A stretch of 64,000 nucleotides of DNA, taken from positions 1,546,417-1,610,416 of the forward strand of contig CBDDJJ010000001.1 of NCBI GenBank assembly GCA_965229625.1, in the 5' to 3' direction. The notes under the pieces were generated by a model. That model did not search any database and was not told the DNA's origin. It worked only from the letters and a program-made list of their open reading frames with translations. Numbering within the stretch: the first letter of the stretch is position 1; every line of letters starts with the position of its first letter. The position numbers and the translations under genes are program-made. This stretch comes from Halieaceae bacterium. Lineage in GTDB: Bacteria; Pseudomonadota; Gammaproteobacteria; Pseudomonadales; Halieaceae. This document shows positions 62,398 through 64,000 of the stretch, in pieces.

Positions 62398-62826
62398 TCA
62401 TCGATTCAAGCCCATCGCCAGCAGGCCATGGGCGGGGAGCACGGCCAGTACCAGGCGCGTACGAAAGCTGAGGTACCAGCCGCGCGGGTCGCCCTGTGCG
62501 CGTTCATACAGCAACAGCAGCACCTGGCCGAGGGCGAGCAACAGGCAGGCGGCCAACGCTGACCCTGACAAACCGGCGCCCGCGGCAAACAGAGCAACCA
62601 GGTTGCTGATCACCAGGCGCTGGTATTTCTCGGGAGCCTGCACGGTGACTGCATAACCCCAGAGGGTGCCGCCCAGGAAGGCCAGGATCACCGTGCCGTA
62701 AACCACAAACACCGTGCTGGCCAGTTCCGGCCGGGGGCTATCGGGCCAGCACACCCACAGGGCCGTCGCATAGAACGGCAACAGGCCGCTATAGCCAAGC
62801 ACAAACATCACGGTTCTGGTCTGCAT
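62398..62826 (-). CDS. DUF3429-like small membrane protein
   Basis: 142 aa with four hydrophobic segments. LGYSGLLPFYATALW and FLGGTLWGYA resemble DUF3429 as I remember it. Confidence 0.55.
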   Translation of the reverse strand: MQTRTVMFVLGYSGLLPFYATALWVCWPDSPRPELASTVFVVYGTVILAFLGGTLWGYAVTVQAPEKYQRLVISNLVALFAAGAGLSGSALAACLLLALGQVLLLLYERAQGDPRGWYLSFRTRLVLAVLPAHGLLAMGLNR

Positions 62827-62941
62827 GAAGCTCCCTGCATTTAACCGGGGCAGACACCTGCACCTGAACTGGGCGGGTCGTCACTCCGTATGCGCTACTA
62901 GTTACGACAGGCCACAGGCCACGGATTGCGAAAGGAGGGGT

Positions 62942-63997
62942 GTGAACAGGCGGCGTTCAGGTAGGATGTTGCGCTGGCCGGCATGGCTGCTGGCCGGCAT
63001 GCTCTGTGGCTGCAGCGCAGGATCGGACCTGCCCCTGGATAACTACCTGACCAGGCTCGGGCGCAGCCTGGATCGCGATATCGAGCCCCTGACCGACCGC
63101 CTGCCGCCACTGCCGAGAGCCAGGGAACTGCACCTGGACCTGGTGTCCGGCTCTATCGATCTGCTGGACCTGCTGGCCATGCGAGGCTGCGAGCTCAACG
63201 TCACCATCGGCAAATCCAACAGCAGCCTGGGGAAACTGGCCACGGACTCCCAGCGCCTGCTGCTGGAACTGGAATTCCTCGCATTGGCGCCGGCCTGCAT
63301 CGAATCGCTGGATGCCAATGAGGATGCAGGGCTGATTGCCACATTGAGCGCGGCCATTGACAAAAAACGCACCCAGCTGCCGGCAAGAATCTGGAACGCC
63401 ACCCTGGGCGGACCCGAATTCCGCGACTTCTGGAAAAGCCCCGGGCGGCTGGGCGACTACCCGGCCGCGACCGGGGGCGACGTGCCGGTTGCCCTGGCAC
63501 GCCTGTCGATGCTGGTGTCCGCCTGGCTGGCCGGCGACTACCGCGCTGGCGGCGAGGAGCTTGAGCCACTGCTGGACGAAGTGCGGCGCGGCGACGGCGG
63601 TGCCCTGCTGGCATCGCTGGCCCGACAGCGGGCAGGCCTTGCGGCGGCCGCGCCGGCGCTGCAGGAACGCCTGGAACCCGCCCCCATCTGCTTCAGCAAC
63701 AGCCCCAGCCCGGAGGGTCGGATAGTGGACAACGTGATCCGGAAATTCTTTATCGGGGAAGTCCAACCCTGGTCGGTGCAGGTCGCCCGGCGACGGGGTG
63801 ACCTCATGCCGCCAGTGCTATCCCTGGAGACCAGCCTCGCTGACGTAATCCCCACTGCCTACCGCCAGTGGCTGCAGGTCCGGGACCCGCTGCTAGACAG
63901 CGCCGTGGCCGCCCCGCGCGAGCACGCCCGGCACCTGGCGACCCTGCTGGAAAGCTGCGGCCTGCGCCCCGGCGCCGGGTCTGCCAAACCCGGCTGA
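62942..63997 (+). CDS. DUF3080-like lipoprotein
   Basis: GTG 62942 follows AAAGGAGGGG; ATG 62966 is the alternative. ...MLRWPAWLLAGMLCGCSAGSDLPLDNYLTRLGRSL contains a lipobox. Confidence 0.55.
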   Translation: MNRRRSGRMLRWPAWLLAGMLCGCSAGSDLPLDNYLTRLGRSLDRDIEPLTDRLPPLPRARELHLDLVSGSIDLLDLLAMRGCELNVTIGKSNSSLGKLATDSQRLLLELEFLALAPACIESLDANEDAGLIATLSAAIDKKRTQLPARIWNATLGGPEFRDFWKSPGRLGDYPAATGGDVPVALARLSMLVSAWLAGDYRAGGEELEPLLDEVRRGDGGALLASLARQRAGLAAAAPALQERLEPAPICFSNSPSPEGRIVDNVIRKFFIGEVQPWSVQVARRRGDLMPPVLSLETSLADVIPTAYRQWLQVRDPLLDSAVAAPREHARHLATLLESCGLRPGAGSAKPG

Positions 63998-64000
63998 AGG

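Overview
High-GC (roughly 60%+) gammaproteobacterial-type chromosomal DNA, densely coded on both strands. Many genes are translationally coupled through ATGA/GTGA overlaps. All family assignments come from reading the translated ORFs and recognising motifs; no database search was run. Recognisable content, in order: a TetR-adaptor-RND efflux operon (RND gene truncated by the window start); a small low-GC islet holding a GIY-YIG nuclease gene flanked by 24-bp inverted repeats; a seven-gene envelope operon (LolA-like protein, two FtsX/MacB-type permeases, ATPase, beta-barrel, periplasmic M20 amidohydrolase, acyltransferase-3); lipA; and an ergothioneine operon in which egtB-egtD are coupled to an OpuC/EgtUV-like ABC transporter. 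This is followed by a Fur-box-controlled pair of small orphan genes; a 267-nt nested inverted-repeat element in front of a SutA-like gene; aminolipid/lipid-remodelling genes; and a glucosylglycerate-type compatible-solute synthesis plus recycling operon. Further on come a MerR-type regulator divergent from an unusual sigma-70-family factor, with 5 x 14-bp tandem arrays on both sides and two tandem TPR membrane paralogs downstream. The window ends with a TetR-centred cluster (MFS, PLP decarboxylase, DSD1-like enzyme, penicillin-acylase-family protein, two-subunit aconitase X) in which two promoter regions 6 kb apart carry the same palindrome. No rRNA, tRNA, CRISPR array, transposase or integrase was seen. 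Features not explained by gene calls include a 12-unit 23-bp tandem array next to an AT-rich tract, the nested inverted-repeat element, the 14-bp arrays, and an outer-membrane protein gene that appears to start at AUU. The many long ORFs antisense to recognisable genes are treated as high-GC shadow ORFs.
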